DNA of 64,000 nucleotides from Octopus bimaculoides. Its lineage: Eukaryota. Shown here piece after piece: positions 1-14,083 of the stretch. The notes below the pieces were generated by a model. It saw only the letters and a list, made by a program, of their open reading frames with translations, was not told the origin of the DNA and did not search any database. The stretch's first letter is position 1. The number at the start of each line of letters is the position of its first letter. The DNA is taken from contig NC_068998.1 of assembly GCF_001194135.2 (NCBI RefSeq), positions 23,930,116 through 23,994,115 of the forward strand, written 5' to 3'. The translations under genes and the position numbers were made by a program.

Positions 1-199
1 CTAGGACATGTAGGAATATGCTAAGAAAGAAAAGACTCGGACCAGCTGGACTGGATGTAATAAGGGTTCAACCCATCCACGCTTATGATGAATTCTTACA
101 AAATGAAAACAAAGGATGCTAGAATACCTGTCGTAACATTACTTAAGATGAGTAAATAAGATCAGCGACTACGAATGCAATGAAGAGGACAAAAAGTGA

Positions 200-790
200 G
201 TTCCAGAAAAGCAGATAATGAAGACGATACTCCACTTCTAAAAGAATATAAAAAGGAAATCGTAGCAGCCGAGGTGGATATCTTTTGAGAATTGATTATA
301 ATCTTATACATTGAAATCGACAGAAACCAGCTGCTGAAATTCCAACACAATCTAAAAAATGCATAGAAGATTAAAGTGTATGAAGCAGCTATGAAAGAAA
401 CGCTGAGAAAAACTGATCTAACAACTTGCAGTAACAGTAAATACTGTATAGCAAAGGCTCTCAGCAACGAAAAGGAAAGGACAAACATGTCAACAAGTAA
501 CCGAAGTGGTGGGTCTAAACAGAAAATGAAATTAAATATTCTAAGAGGAGAATAACTGATGGCTAATGAGCTTTTGAAGGAAATAAAAGTCAAAACGCGA
601 AAAGTAAGAAACATTGAAAAATAAAATAAAATTACAGATGAACATTGCATGGAAGTCAAAGCACAACAGGTTAGAATATACAGAAAAAAACAAATAAATA
701 AAAGGAAATTCTATAAAGATAAACATAAGATTTTATAAACGAGTGCAAAGAAATGATATTGAAAAGCGGAAACAACCAACAGAAATAAAG
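200..790 (+). mobile_element. Decayed R4/Dong-type non-LTR retrotransposon fragment (region N-terminal to RT)
   Basis: Broken plus-strand translation gives KETLRKTDLTTCSNSKYCIAKAL and KAQQVRIYRKKQINKRKFYKDKHKIL, resembling the pre-RT region of RLE-type LINEs; many stops and frameshifts. Confidence 0.45.
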
Positions 791-1314
791 GATTCACCTC
801 TAGCTTGTGTTATATTGATGTTGCAGGTATGAGTTGCTGGTTGGTTTGCGGAAGCTGGATGTAATGGTTTAACGACACCAAGCATACAGTTAAACATTAT
901 CTATTATCGCCGCGCAAATCATATGAAGTTGGTCGCGCATTACAAATTTGCACGTAGAGTCAGCAAGGTGAGACAAATTCAGTGTAACATTGGTTAAACA
1001 CAAGTAATAAATATATACATGTGCCGTTTCATGTCATCTACTACAATCGCATATCCGTTAAGCATTCAGTTGTTAGAACGACTAAGAAAGAGTGTGTATT
1101 TCGTACCGTGACAAAGGACAGACTGGAGTTTGATGTCGAAAAGGGTTCTATTGCTAGCACTTGTAGGGAACTAGTTCTAAGGCCTTCCAAAATCGTCTTT
1201 CACGTGATGTCTGGCTTATGATTGGATAATAACTTGGCTGCACGCATAATCAAGCTGTAGCTATGTCGTGGCTTGAAATCCCCAATGTGGCAACACGAGT
1301 TCGCGTCCTACTAA

Positions 1315-1500
1315 ACACCCAATATGAGTGAAGTTGAGAAACTTTGGGAAAACATTAAGGGTAAATTGACAGTATATATCAAAGAAGCACACTGGATTAA
1401 CTGAGAATATGAAAGGATGGAAGATGTTAAACAACAACAATAGGTAGGGGTTGAGGCGTGGTGATTTTTGAAAGTCATAAAGGCATATGTAAGAATGAAA
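1315..1500 (+). mobile_element. Decayed R4/Dong-type LINE fragment (continuation of pre-RT region)
   Basis: PNMSEVEKLWENIKGKLTVYIKEAHWIN*EYERMEDVKQQQ resembles the E(V/I)EKFW..IW...YNK.AEWI...E segment preceding the RT of R4/Dong elements. Confidence 0.45.
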
Positions 1501-2579
1501 GTAAATCAGAACAATCGAGCTGAATGCGATATGGCTATCCTCTGAGAACATCCGGCAATCATCATCATACATACAACAGAAGAAAATAAGAAGACGGGTT
1601 TTCTTCAAACTTCCAGTTCATATCTCAAAGAATATTTCAAAAGAAAACCAGGCTTGCTTTTCCAGCCGGTGGTCGTAAACGAGTGATTCGGAGTAGTGGA
1701 GTGGAAATCAGAGCCTTTCAGGTATAATATATGTATAAAAGAATACTCTACTTCACTTTTGGTGAATCAGTATATATGTGTGTGTGTGTGTGTGTGTGCA
1801 TGTGTGCGTGCGTGCGCGCGTGTGTGTTGGTGTGTGTGTGTGAATTAAATATAGAGATATTCTATTGACATTCAATAATTTACTTACATTATAATTTAAA
1901 TAGATAAAAGAGTTGTATTGAAGATCTGTTTATATATATTTTGTAGTAGTTACACGCAGGAGAATACTTATATTCTTAATGATATACATTTATATACCCA
2001 CATATATTATTATTGTATGTTGTGAGCAGAAGAGGCTATCTTGGACATAAAAGGGTTTCAATTGTTATGTGTTTGAGATATAATGAAGTAAATGTCGATG
2101 GATGTAGATAGCACTTACTTGATTGTATCGTCCATTAAAATATTTTTGTTGTTTTTTAATTGTAATTGATGTAAGATTGAATTGAATAATTAACGCTCCC
2201 GCTCATAACACAGACATTTGAATTAATTTTTACAATCCAACCGTCCTTTCCAGACGAGTTTCTGCATCACATTAGCCGATTATGTATATCAGAAAAATAT
2301 ATACATATAATTCGAAACAATATGTTGGGCTTTAACGGTTTTTATAATTATTTATATAATATTATGTTGTATTATATTTATCGTATTTAATGTAATATTG
2401 TAATATATATGAATTATTGAATGTTACAAGAATATTTGTATATTTAATTTATCTTTATTATAGAATTATATAAATATTTATATGGTATCCAACTGAAGTA
2501 CCGGTGAAATGGATGTTTAACACACCCCTTTGAAGGATTTATTTTTCCTCAGTTTGTTACTTTATATATATATATATAT

Positions 2580-3341
2580 NNNNNNNNNNNNNNNNNNNNN
2601 NNNNNNNNNNNNNNNNNNNNNNNNNNNNNNNNNNNNNNNNNNNNNNNNNNNNNNNNNNNNNNNNNNNNNNNNNNNNNNNNNNNNNNNNNNNNNNNNNNNN
2701 NNNNNNNNNNNNNNNNNNNNNNNNNNNNNNNNNNNNNNNNNNNNNNNNNNNNNNNNNNNNNNNNNNNNNNNNNNNNNNNNNNNNNNNNNNNNNNNNNNNN
2801 NNNNNNNNNNNNNNNNNNNNNNNNNNNNNNNNNNNNNNNNNNNNNNNNNNNNNNNNNNNNNNNNNNNNNNNNNNNNNNNNNNNNNNNNNNNNNNNNNNNN
2901 NNNNNNNNNNNNNNNNNNNNNNNNNNNNNNNNNNNNNNNNNNNNNNNNNNNNNNNNNNNNNNNNNNNNNNNNNNNNNNNNNNNNNNNNNNNNNNNNNNNN
3001 NNNNNNNNNNNNNNNNNNNNNNNNNNNNNNNNNNNNNNNNNNNNNNNNNNNNNNNNNNNNNNNNNNNNNNNNNNNNNNNNNNNNNNNNNNNNNNNNNNNN
3101 NNNNNNNNNNNNNNNNNNNNNNNNNNNNNNNNNNNNNNNNNNNNNNNNNNNNNNNNNNNNNNNNNNNNNNNNNNNNNNNNNNNNNNNNNNNNNNNNNNNN
3201 NNNNNNNNNNNNNNNNNNNNNNNNNNNNNNNNNNNNNNNNNNNNNNNNNNNNNNNNNNNNNNNNNNNNNNNNNNNNNNNNNNNNNNNNNNNNNNNNNNNN
3301 NNNNNNNNNNNNNNNNNNNNNNNNNNNNNNNNNNNNNNNNN
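2580..3341. other. Assembly gap (N run)
   Basis: N run flanked by (TA)n on both sides. Confidence 0.99.
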
Positions 3342-3365
3342 TATATATACATATATATATATATA

Positions 3366-3444
3366 GGTGCAGGCGTGGCTGTGTGGTAAGAAGCTTACTT
3401 TGTAGTAGAAGACATTTGCCTAAGGTGCCACGCAGTGGCACCTT
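3366..3444. mobile_element. Rearranged fragment of tRNA-derived SINE (family 1)
   Basis: Plus-oriented head ggtgcaggcgtggctgtgtggtaagaagctt (3366-3399) joined to a minus-oriented body piece (3401-3438), both matching the copy at 4262; ends in hairpin aaggtgccac-gca-gtggcacctt. Confidence 0.75.
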
Positions 3445-3518
3445 CGGTATATATATAAATAAATAAATATATATATATATATACCTCTGAACGAGGTATA
3501 AACAGCAACTGCACGATG

Positions 3519-3824
3519 ACGCGAAGTATATTTGCCACTTAAATGTGGCTAACAACTGAGGGTGGATGCTACTGTAGCTTGTAGCTTGTAACCCGATGAC
3601 CGGTGATTGTCGTGCGCTGATGACGGGTAAATACCTAGAAACCCGGGTCCGGGCGTATCACGTCAGGTCAAAGATGGGAAGGATGGCTTCCCTTTGCAAA
3701 TACTAATAGGGCAGAGAAAGTGTGTCAATAACCAGCTGGAGGAGGTGTCCTCCTGGGGCTACAATCTACAGTAGCATCCACCCTTAGCGGTTAGCCACAT
3801 TGAAGTGGCAAATATTCTTCACGT
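3519..3824. mobile_element. ~306-bp fold-back element with ~70-bp terminal inverted repeats and an internal hammerhead motif
   Basis: Left arm acgcgaagtatatttgccacttaaatgtggctaacaactgagggtggatgctactgtagcttgtagc matches the reverse complement of ~3757-3824 with few mismatches; no clear TSD. Confidence 0.8.
3597..3670 (+). ncRNA. Type I hammerhead ribozyme motif
   Basis: CUGAUGA 3617-3623; stem II GGGU/ACCU with AAAU loop (closing C.A mismatch); GAA 3638-3640; palindromic ACCCGGGU 3641-3648; GUC cleavage triplet ending 3649; stem I cgtgcg/cgggcg extended by gtgat/atcac and tgacc/ggtca. Confidence 0.7.
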
Positions 3825-4261
3825 ATATATATATATATATATGTATTCTGTGACGTTTTTATATCAGCCTATCAAATTCGAACTCAGTCCAATACTCACG
3901 TTGTATTTTTGCTTTTCTACAATTTTGCAATATTATGTACTATAGTATTAGAAGTACTTTCGTATTTTATGTAAGTAACATAGTAAAATATAAGCGTATA
4001 TCTTTTTAGCTATTAACAAGCTTCAGGCTAATGTTTATGCAGTAGCACCATTAACGGTCAGCAAATGTACTTCGCGTTTATATTTCAGTCGATATTAATA
4101 TTCTTCTTCACATTATTGTCCACTCACAGACTAGTTTAAGCTTTTAAATGAAATTCATTTCTTTTACTCTTCAAAATAAAAAAAATTGTAAAATGAAGCT
4201 GCTTATAGTTGCTCTACAGTTAATATGTCCCGTTGCTCGCTCATTTTTTTTTTATCAAGAT

Positions 4262-4686
4262 AGGCGTAGGAGTGGCTGTGTGGCAAGTAGCTTGCTTACT
4301 AACCACATGTTTCCGGGTTCAGTCCCACTCCGTGGCACCTTGGGCAAGTGTCTTCTACTATAGCCTCGGGCCGACTAAAGCCTTATGAGTGGTTTTGGTA
4401 GACGGAAACTGAAAGAAGCCCGTCATATATATGTATATATATGTGTGTGCGTGTTTATGTTTGTGTCTCTGTGTTTGTTCCCCCCCCCCCCAACATCGCT
4501 TGACAACTGATGCTGATGTGTTTACGTCCCCATAACTTAGCGGTTCGGCAAAAGTGACCGATAGAATAAGTACTAGGCTTACAAAGAATAAGTCCTGGGG
4601 TCGATTTGCCCGACTAAAGGCGGTGCTCCAGCATGGCCACAGTCAAATGACTGAAATAACTAAAAGAGTAAAAGAGTAAAGAGTAT
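4262..4686 (+). mobile_element. Near full-length tRNA-derived SINE, family 1 (octopus-type)
   Basis: A-box-like gtggctgtgtggcaag, B-box-like gggttcagtccc, internal (TA)/(TG) microsatellite, body with gatagaataagtact, tail (aaagagta)n; several homologous copies in window. Confidence 0.9.
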
Positions 4687-7600
4687 AGCCGTACCTATTC
4701 AAACCTAGATATCGGAAAACGCTTATGGCGGTAGATTTCATTTTAAATTTCATGTTCGAGGGCTTGTTATTCAAGCGCCTATCATGTGTGCAGAGAGAGT
4801 CAAGTGTAATCCCTGTACCGACGGCTTCATAAGAAACCAAATTTGGCGCTATAGTTCAGAGATAGTTCGGATTTACCTCGCTTGAGGCCTAGATAAAGTC
4901 TCCTCCAAAGCTGTTTTCATGCCTACATACTTCAACCAGCGCTATTTTTTATAATAGCTTCCTTCGCAGATAATCACCAATTCGGAGATGATAAAAATCA
5001 ACACCATATTGATTTGGTAGCATTGTGCTGACCAGTTAAATAATTCAGATTTCAACTCCTGTAAATATGGTTATAATTAGACGCTGTCTGCTTTTTATGA
5101 AGTTCAGTACAATTGTGGCAATAAGTATCTATATAAATTGCCATCAAGTCTTGTCACACCACATGCTACACGCTGATAGAAAGCCATCTTGTTGGCTTTA
5201 CCAGATTGTAAAATGGAGAAATACATTTGATATTTCAGCTAAGAAATGTTGGATAGCCGGATTTCACAATTGTGTGTTTCTTATATATAAAATTATTTAT
5301 ATTCCCTTAACTAATCAAGTGCTATACAACTTATTGAACGTCATAACGACACAGATTTATACTGCTGCAATGGATTGATCATCGAGCAAATTCTTCTTAC
5401 AGAATGGTGGAACTCTTGGAGTATTCAACTCTAGGAGGAATATTTTTTTACATGGATTATTCTGCCATGAATATTCTTACAGAACCTAATGATGTTTACA
5501 TGCGGATGCTCATAGGGGAAAAACAAATGACATTTTTAAGCACTTATGTGGAGGACTTCACTGTATGATGTTGTGTTACCAAAAACACACCACTGAACAC
5601 TTCGATATTATATTACGAAAATTTCCCCCCATGTGTCAAAGATGCTGCTCTTTCAAGTTCGACTTGCTAGATCATATTTCCATGATTAAATTTAGTAAGT
5701 ACACTTACTCTAACTCGTTCCAATCTGAGCTTGCTAAATATATACAATTATTTAAGAACTCATATAAGTTTATATTATCGGATAAGATTAACAACCAACA
5801 CGAAATACAATTATGATATGCATTCTTAATTATTAATCAATAGCACCATAGATAAATCCCAGAGGTCAGACCTAGACACGATTGTGTTAACATAGAAACT
5901 AAAGCCTTTCCCATAGAGTTCCACTAAGATTAAACTGAAAGATTTCATTACACTGACTTTAGCGATAGACTTAGATGTAGACTAATTAGCCCGGCTAAGA
6001 TGATGCTGGGTTTAGCAAGGAAAAGGATTTTAAGAGATATTGATAATAAAATTAAGTAATCGTCTAACAAGTTACTACGCTCCAATAGCTTCTCGGTGAT
6101 ATCTTGATTCGAATACATTCGAATCTCTGTCGCAAAATGAGGTAGAGTTTACACTGTAATTTGTAACCATTGACGAACAACAAACCTCAATCACATTAGT
6201 CATGCACATAAAACACTCTTATTGAGTGGCCGATCTCTTTGGACCTAATACAAATAGCTGTTGTGACACTTCATTGTTTCAATGAGTTCGCATTACAGCG
6301 CGTTAAATGGCATATATATGACTGGTTTATACATATTAAACCATCTAAATTCAAAATTCCCTAATCTCTGTGTAGCGGTGATTCAAAACCGAATCACTAG
6401 TTACACGGTCAGACATTCCGACCGAACCACAATTGTTCGCCATGATCAATCTATTAAGCAACCAATCAGCCCAAGCCATCATGTGATTTAGTCTTCTAAA
6501 ATTTTGTTTTTGTACCCTATAAAAGACCGCTTTGCACGGTAATTAATCGCAAAATATTGAGGCAGTTGAGCATCATGTGTCCGTTTTCTTGCCACGCCAG
6601 GAGACCCGGGCAGACGACCCAGGAAGTCAGCCAAAACAGACGGCTGCGACAGATTGATCAAGAAAATCCGTCACCACAAAGATAGCACAATTGAATCCAA
6701 ATATTTTAGGCAAATCTCATGTTGTTGTACGAATAGGTTTCTGTAACCATAGAGCAGTATCTCTCTCCAAGTCTGTAATTACTGCAGACTGTAAATGGCC
6801 AATGCAGTTGGTGACAATAAATTCTTCTTTAAAATGTTCCCAGTTGCTGTTTATTTACTTTTCACACAGCCAAGAAACATTTTCATTCATTAATTCAACC
6901 AGTTACTATAGCAGACTTGACAAAACAGCGTAATAATAATATAACCCGTGGCAACAGTACTGGTATACTGAGATGTCACTTTGCTAGTGTCACACAATTA
7001 TGATGATAATGATAAGGATTCCTTCCGAAAAAAAGTTTATTTCCACCAATAGTTCGGGAGGACATGGAATTTCTATTAGCACGAAATTACCAAGGAGCGA
7101 TCTTTTTATTTTTTTTTTTATTTTTAGATGTTACCTTAGATCTCAAAACTCATTCCAGATCTTTTTTGTTGCTGTCAACAATTTGGAAATTTTAAAGTTA
7201 ATTGAAAATTAATGTAATTTTTCACACTGAATCCAAATTCGCGATTCATTTATCCCCAGAAAGACTTAGAAAAATGATGCAGAGGTTCAAAGCTTGATCA
7301 TTTTTAGTCCAATCAGAAAGCAGAAATTGGAAACTCCGCATTTTCTGCATGATAGCTGTCTGTCACAAAGCGATAGACAGAGATAACACAGATACAAATG
7401 GTTGCTCGTCAAAACCTGTGGTAATGGTTGTGGTGATGTAAGTCTTACAATTTGAAAGCACTGCGTTCTAGTTATAATGTAAAACCGGGTTGACTACATC
7501 GTTGCTCAATACTATGGGAGCAGACAGTAACATTAAATTTGTGATCACGTGTATACTTGTGACTTTTGATTGGTTGAAATTACTCAAAATTTGCAAACTT

Positions 7601-8370
7601 TAAAACGAAAATGAATTTTATTGTCATAATTACATAATTACATATAAAACTAATCGGTATATAAACAAATTTGAAAATAATTGAAACAAAATTGAAAAAA
7701 TACAAAATCTGAGACAGCTACTGAAAATATCCCTAACTCTTATAATAACCCTTCCATAAGGCCCCGCAAAAAGTCAAACTGTATTAATAAATACTCTCAC
7801 CACCCACCTGTTATATTTAAACAGTTAATTCCTAACATTGAATATAAAATCACATTATTTATTTACCAGGAAGAAAAGCATTCCCATAAGACTTTACAAG
7901 ATCACAGTTTTACTGGTTAAATCTTTTTATACCCGTCCTTCTCTTCTACCATCTAATCAGAAGAATTGGTTCCAAATGTTTTACGGTCAAAAAGAGCTCC
8001 ATGTGGTCACGTCAAAAACTGCATTTTGTAAAGAACCTAAAAAGCTCCAGCGACTATATAAATAACAAAAGTGAGATATTTTCTTCATGTCCGCAGTACA
8101 TCTTAGTGGGAATGAAAGCTAAGCCACTGGACAGACCATAATACATTCTAGTATTCATTTAAGGTACTTTTGACATCTGTAAAAAAGAAATTGCCTATAA
8201 TTGCAGTGAAGTTATCTACCATTGATTGTTCACTGTCCTTTTCAAGATAGTTTTGTTCATTCAAATCTGGATTACATTAAACACAATTACTAAACCATTT
8301 TGTTGACTTTAAATTTCCTTCAGAAAATACTGGATAATTGAATTTTGTAAGACCATTGACCTTCTTATTT

Positions 8371-9620
<1,250 letters not shown>

Positions 9621-10759
9621 AATAAGTTGTGAATTATCTTCTCCTTTTGTTCTTTTTTCTTTTTTCCTTCTTTCCTTTTCCTCTGTCTTTCTTGCCCTTT
9701 TGTTTTTCTATCACATGTCTTTGCAAATTAACAATTCCGTAACATTATTTTAATGGCCTACCAATATATACAGAGAGTTTTTTGCCATACGTGTCAGGAT
9801 GACACTCGGCAAGAAATAGAAACAAAATTGAAAAAAGAGGATAGTGATGATAATATATACACACACTCACACTTACACATAAGACCTTTGAGTTCTTAAA
9901 TGCCAGGTATTATGCTAGCAATGAACGTTGTCAGCTGAGAAATACATAACAAGTGCTTTAGAAATTCTCAAAAATATTCTTTGTTTAATCCTCGGGGGAC
10001 ACATTTATCTTAGGTGAAAGGCAGTAGTTCTTCAAATGAAAAATAAAATATCCTTGGAACAAATTTCACCAATCCGACTGATTTTAGTGTAACTTTATTT
10101 ATCCACCTAGAAACGATTAGAGGTAAATTAAATGGAAACAAGTTTTGAACCCAAAGCACAGAACAAGCAACACAAGATATTTTATTGAATGCTGCACTGA
10201 TTCTGTTTATTCAATGTCTGTACATACATACATACATACACACACATATATTTATAGCTTTGTATGTTTGTGTGTTTATACATATATATATATTTTTAAG
10301 GGTGTGCGTATGTACACTTGTGTGTGTGTATGAACACACATTTGTGTTGCAGGCATTTATAAAATGGTAAAATTTTTAGAAAATATAAACATGATAAATA
10401 ACATTAGTATTTTAGATGAAATTAGAAGATATTCAGAATCTTTTATATTCTAAAGGGCAAAAAACTGAGCAAGTAGGAAAGAAAATTCTAAATTGTCGAA
10501 TTTCTTCTGAATTAATCTTACCTCCTTTTGAGACATTCTATATGAATTCAATTTTCTTTCATCTAAATTTTGCTTACTCTGCTGAGTGGAATTACAGCCA
10601 AGCCCACCTTAGGATATTAATTTAATGCCTTTGCCGTAAGCAGTTATTTTCCTGCACAAATACTTTTATCCTTGCACTATCCTATTTGCTAAATATCTTT
10701 TAGTTGTACCTGAAATCTCAGCACAAATACTCTCACACATTCACAAAGATAATTAGATA

Positions 10760-10888
10760 AACACAGCACACACACACACACTCACTAGTACACACAAGTA
10801 CACGCACTCACACGCACACAAACACACACACATAAGTACACACACACAAGTACACACAAGTACACACGCTCACACACACACAGAAGTA

Positions 10889-10930
<42 letters not shown>
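10760..10930. repeat. (CA)n-rich tract with recurring cacacaagta motif
   Basis: Direct reading. Confidence 0.9.
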
Positions 10931-10931
<1 letters not shown>

Positions 10932-11978
10932 CGAATTGTGGCAAGACCATATGCAAGCATACTGCTAGATCAGCAAAAACGACACGACATATTTGTCAAC
11001 CTATGTGAAAGAGGAAAACTTTAGATCTTAAAGGAATATTTTATTCTTATTATTGTATTATTTACATGTTCTACAATAACAGCATAATAAAAATTCTTAA
11101 CAAAACTTTTTGAGTGAGATTTTTGCCACTTTCTTCTTTTAAGCAAATGTAAAACCTTCATTTATTTATTGCTACAATTTCTTTCATATTTGATTTACTT
11201 TATTCTTTTTTACTTGCGTCACTTTACACGAGGCAGAACACACTACTTTGCTATTTATTACTATGAATATTGGTGTTTTAACTCACTGCAATGAATATTT
11301 GCAGCATAACTATATCGATGTTGGGATTGAGCTGTGTTTCAAACTTTGGCTTTGCAACATATATGCTTTGCGGTTCAATTTCAGAGCAAGGCAACTTCAT
11401 GATATTCTTTCTCTATAGATTCGTAATCCCAAAAAAACTTTTGCAAAGTGTAGAGTGTACAGAAATTCGTCAAACACACACGCACACATGTACATATGCT
11501 TACACATACATATTTATACACACGCACATAGATATACGTACATGTGTGAGTGTGTGTGTGTGTGTGTGTAGTAACAATCAGTAGAAGTACTACAAAAGCA
11601 GGGTGCAATAATTTTCTTAGGACTATCCTATGGTCTCCTCCTATAGAGTTTCTCAGACATGCACCCTGTCCCTTAGACATAAGAAGAATCTGTGATGGAC
11701 AGAAATGCGGAAATTTGACTTCAGAGAAACTGAGACACCTGATCAACAGAAATATCATTAATAGGTTTTTGACTGGATCAGTAAAGGAGAATGATGAGAA
11801 GAAAATTTGTCAGCAAATGTACAGGCATGCACAGCAATGCAAACACGCACACACACACACACACAAAAATATACATGCACAAACACCACAAATGCCTGCA
11901 CACTCAAGCTTTAGGTACAACTAGAGAGCAGACAAGAATAATAGTAGAGATAAAAACAGGTCGATGGTGAAATGATAA

Positions 11979-14083
11979 CACTGGTCTGCACTCAGGAATT
12001 TTTTTTTTTATTATTTTTATTCATGGATGTGATGTCACATATTCTTGGGGTCCTGATTCTAAATATCTAAGCCATTATATAATAAAAAATAATAAAATAA
12101 TAAAAAATTGTGAATTTTTAAGAAATTTTTTTTATTAAAATGAAGCAAATAATCAAGGAAAAGCACATTCTGTTAGTTTTAAGAACATATGTTTTCCAAA
12201 TCAACATGAAATGAATCAGATTTATCAACATCAAAGCAAATGAATGTAAAAAATATGCTCCCAATGGTTAGCCTAAATATTGATTCAAAGGAAGGAGGAC
12301 CGCTTCCATTTCCACTTGTATTGTGCATTGGAACGATCATGTTTCAATGACTAGCAGTAATCCACCATCATGTTGACATTCCACTTGCCCTTGTATCGAG
12401 TTTTTATGGTGCAAATGTCTTGATGGAGCCGTTCTCCTTGTTCTTCACTGTAGTCCCCACAATTCTTGGGAAAATAGTCAAGATACGAGCGCAAAAAAAT
12501 TCATCTTGACACTCATTCTAGACCCAAGTTGTTGGAAACTTGATATCAGGTCTTGAATCATTTTTTCATATTTTGGGGAGTGGATGTTTCCCAAGAAGTT
12601 TTGGACAATCTTCTTGTAGGAAAACCAGGCATTCATTTCGATACCTGTTAATGCTTGTCCCTCAGCAATTCCCGAATCTGAGGTCCAACAAAGATTCTTG
12701 TTTTTAGCTTTCCTTCACTTTTACGTGGAAAATTTGACTCTGGGTACTTGAAAGCAGCTCCATTCTTGTTCAGAGCCTTCGCAAAAGTTTTCATAAGCCC
12801 TAATTTGATGTGGAGTGGTGGCAGCAGAATTTTATTTTATTTTTTTGTTTGGTGGGGGTGGGGTTAACTAGTGGCACAGCTTTCACATTATGATTTCCAG
12901 GTAAGAAGCTGGTTCTTGGCAGCCAGTCTTTTTGTTTATAGTGCTGGCTGTCTGCCCCATTATCCCAAAGACACAGAAAACAGGATACTTGAAGATCTAG
13001 TAGGAAAGCAATAACTTTTATATCACCACAAATGAGAAAATTGTGATTATGTTACTTGATTGCAGTTATTATTGTCTTCATATTTTCATAAGTTTCTGGC
13101 ATTTGGACGCTATGGCCTATTGGCACAGATGCAGCTGTGTTGGCATTATAGAGAACAGCTTTTAAACTTCTGTTAGAAGAATCAATGAAGAGCCTCCCTT
13201 CATCTCTTTTGTACAACATACCCATGTGTTCAATAAGGACTGAGTGAATTCTGCTTCACCATGACGGTATCGGGCGAGTGTTGTTCCAGGAGCTAGAAGC
13301 AGTCTAAAGCCAAGTAACTGTACACTTCCTTTTGGAAGGTTAATGTCTCTAACCAAGTCCTTGAGCTCAACTTTGTGAAGAATTTGGGGTTGTCATTTGT
13401 TGGTGGCTCATAGTCTACTTCCATCTCATTAGCATCACTAGTATCAGACTCTGATGAAATTTCCTGTGTCTCAGGTGGCACAGGTACAGGAATATCATCT
13501 GAGTGTGAAACAGGCCTTATTGCTGAAGGAATATTTGAGTATATTATGTGATTTTAGTCTTCTTGTTGAATCCAAAGTAGTAGTCATCATAATGGTTCAT
13601 CTGCTTCTGCCATACAGTTGGTACTCCAAAGGGCATACATTAAGGTTTTCCAACTTACCACATTTGAAGCATACCGATGCATCTCTTGAAATCTTTGTGG
13701 GGTGCAAATGGCTTGTCCTGGTCTCCCAATTTGAAGCCAAAATAAGCTAAATAGCAGCACTTCAACAAAGGAGTAAAACTTGAAAGGGTGAATTGCCCAC
13801 AGACAAAGCAGAATATATCTGGGGTATTGATGCACCCTCTAGACATATTCACAGACTGAAACTAAAGAAAAATATATTAGATTTGACATTTAAGTCAATA
13901 TAAGGTAAGCATTTTAATTTACCATTTACTGATGTTATACATAAAGAGAAAAGTAACGCCTCCATATAACTTGACAACCTGATGTAATAGAGATGAATAA
14001 AAAACACAAAGACTCATTATTTTTCTTATATATTCAGAAAAAGGTACCATACAGACAATAGAAAAAAATCATGCAGACCAGTG
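11979..14083 (-). mobile_element. Full-length Chapaev3-type (CMC superfamily) DNA transposon
   Basis: Terminal inverted repeats cactggtctgca (11979-11990) / tgcagaccagtg (14072-14083); 3-bp TAA duplication on both sides (11976-11978, 14084-14086), matching the TWA TSD and CAC..GTG ends of Chapaev3; transposase remnants inside. Confidence 0.88.
12290..13852 (-). pseudogene. Decayed Chapaev3 transposase
   Basis: CINTPDIFCFVCGQFT, YFGFKLGDQDKPFAPHK, RLFIDSSNRSLKAVL, LLPPLHIKLGLMKTFAKAL, GPQIRELL, DYSEEQGERLHQDI; many stops, frameshifts and small deletions. Confidence 0.9.

Noticed and set aside
6510-6700. TATA-like ctataaaag, GGAAGT and a CpG-rich stretch with ATG; DDPGSQPK resembling a mariner motif
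   Set aside because: The frame closes after 36 codons, there is no good donor, and the transposase resemblance is too short; kept only as a possible promoter under the CpG-domain finding.
10578-10709. Minus-strand 132-bp segment with strong acceptor and GTAAGC donor
   Set aside because: Stops in all three frames; non-coding exon or chance. The same applies to plus-strand 28562-28624.
11288-11413. Minus-strand open candidate exons (also ~16006-16077, ~16216-16290, ~22334-22399)
   Set aside because: No recognisable protein, and short open frames with AG/GT ends are expected by chance; strand conflicts with the plus-strand candidates.
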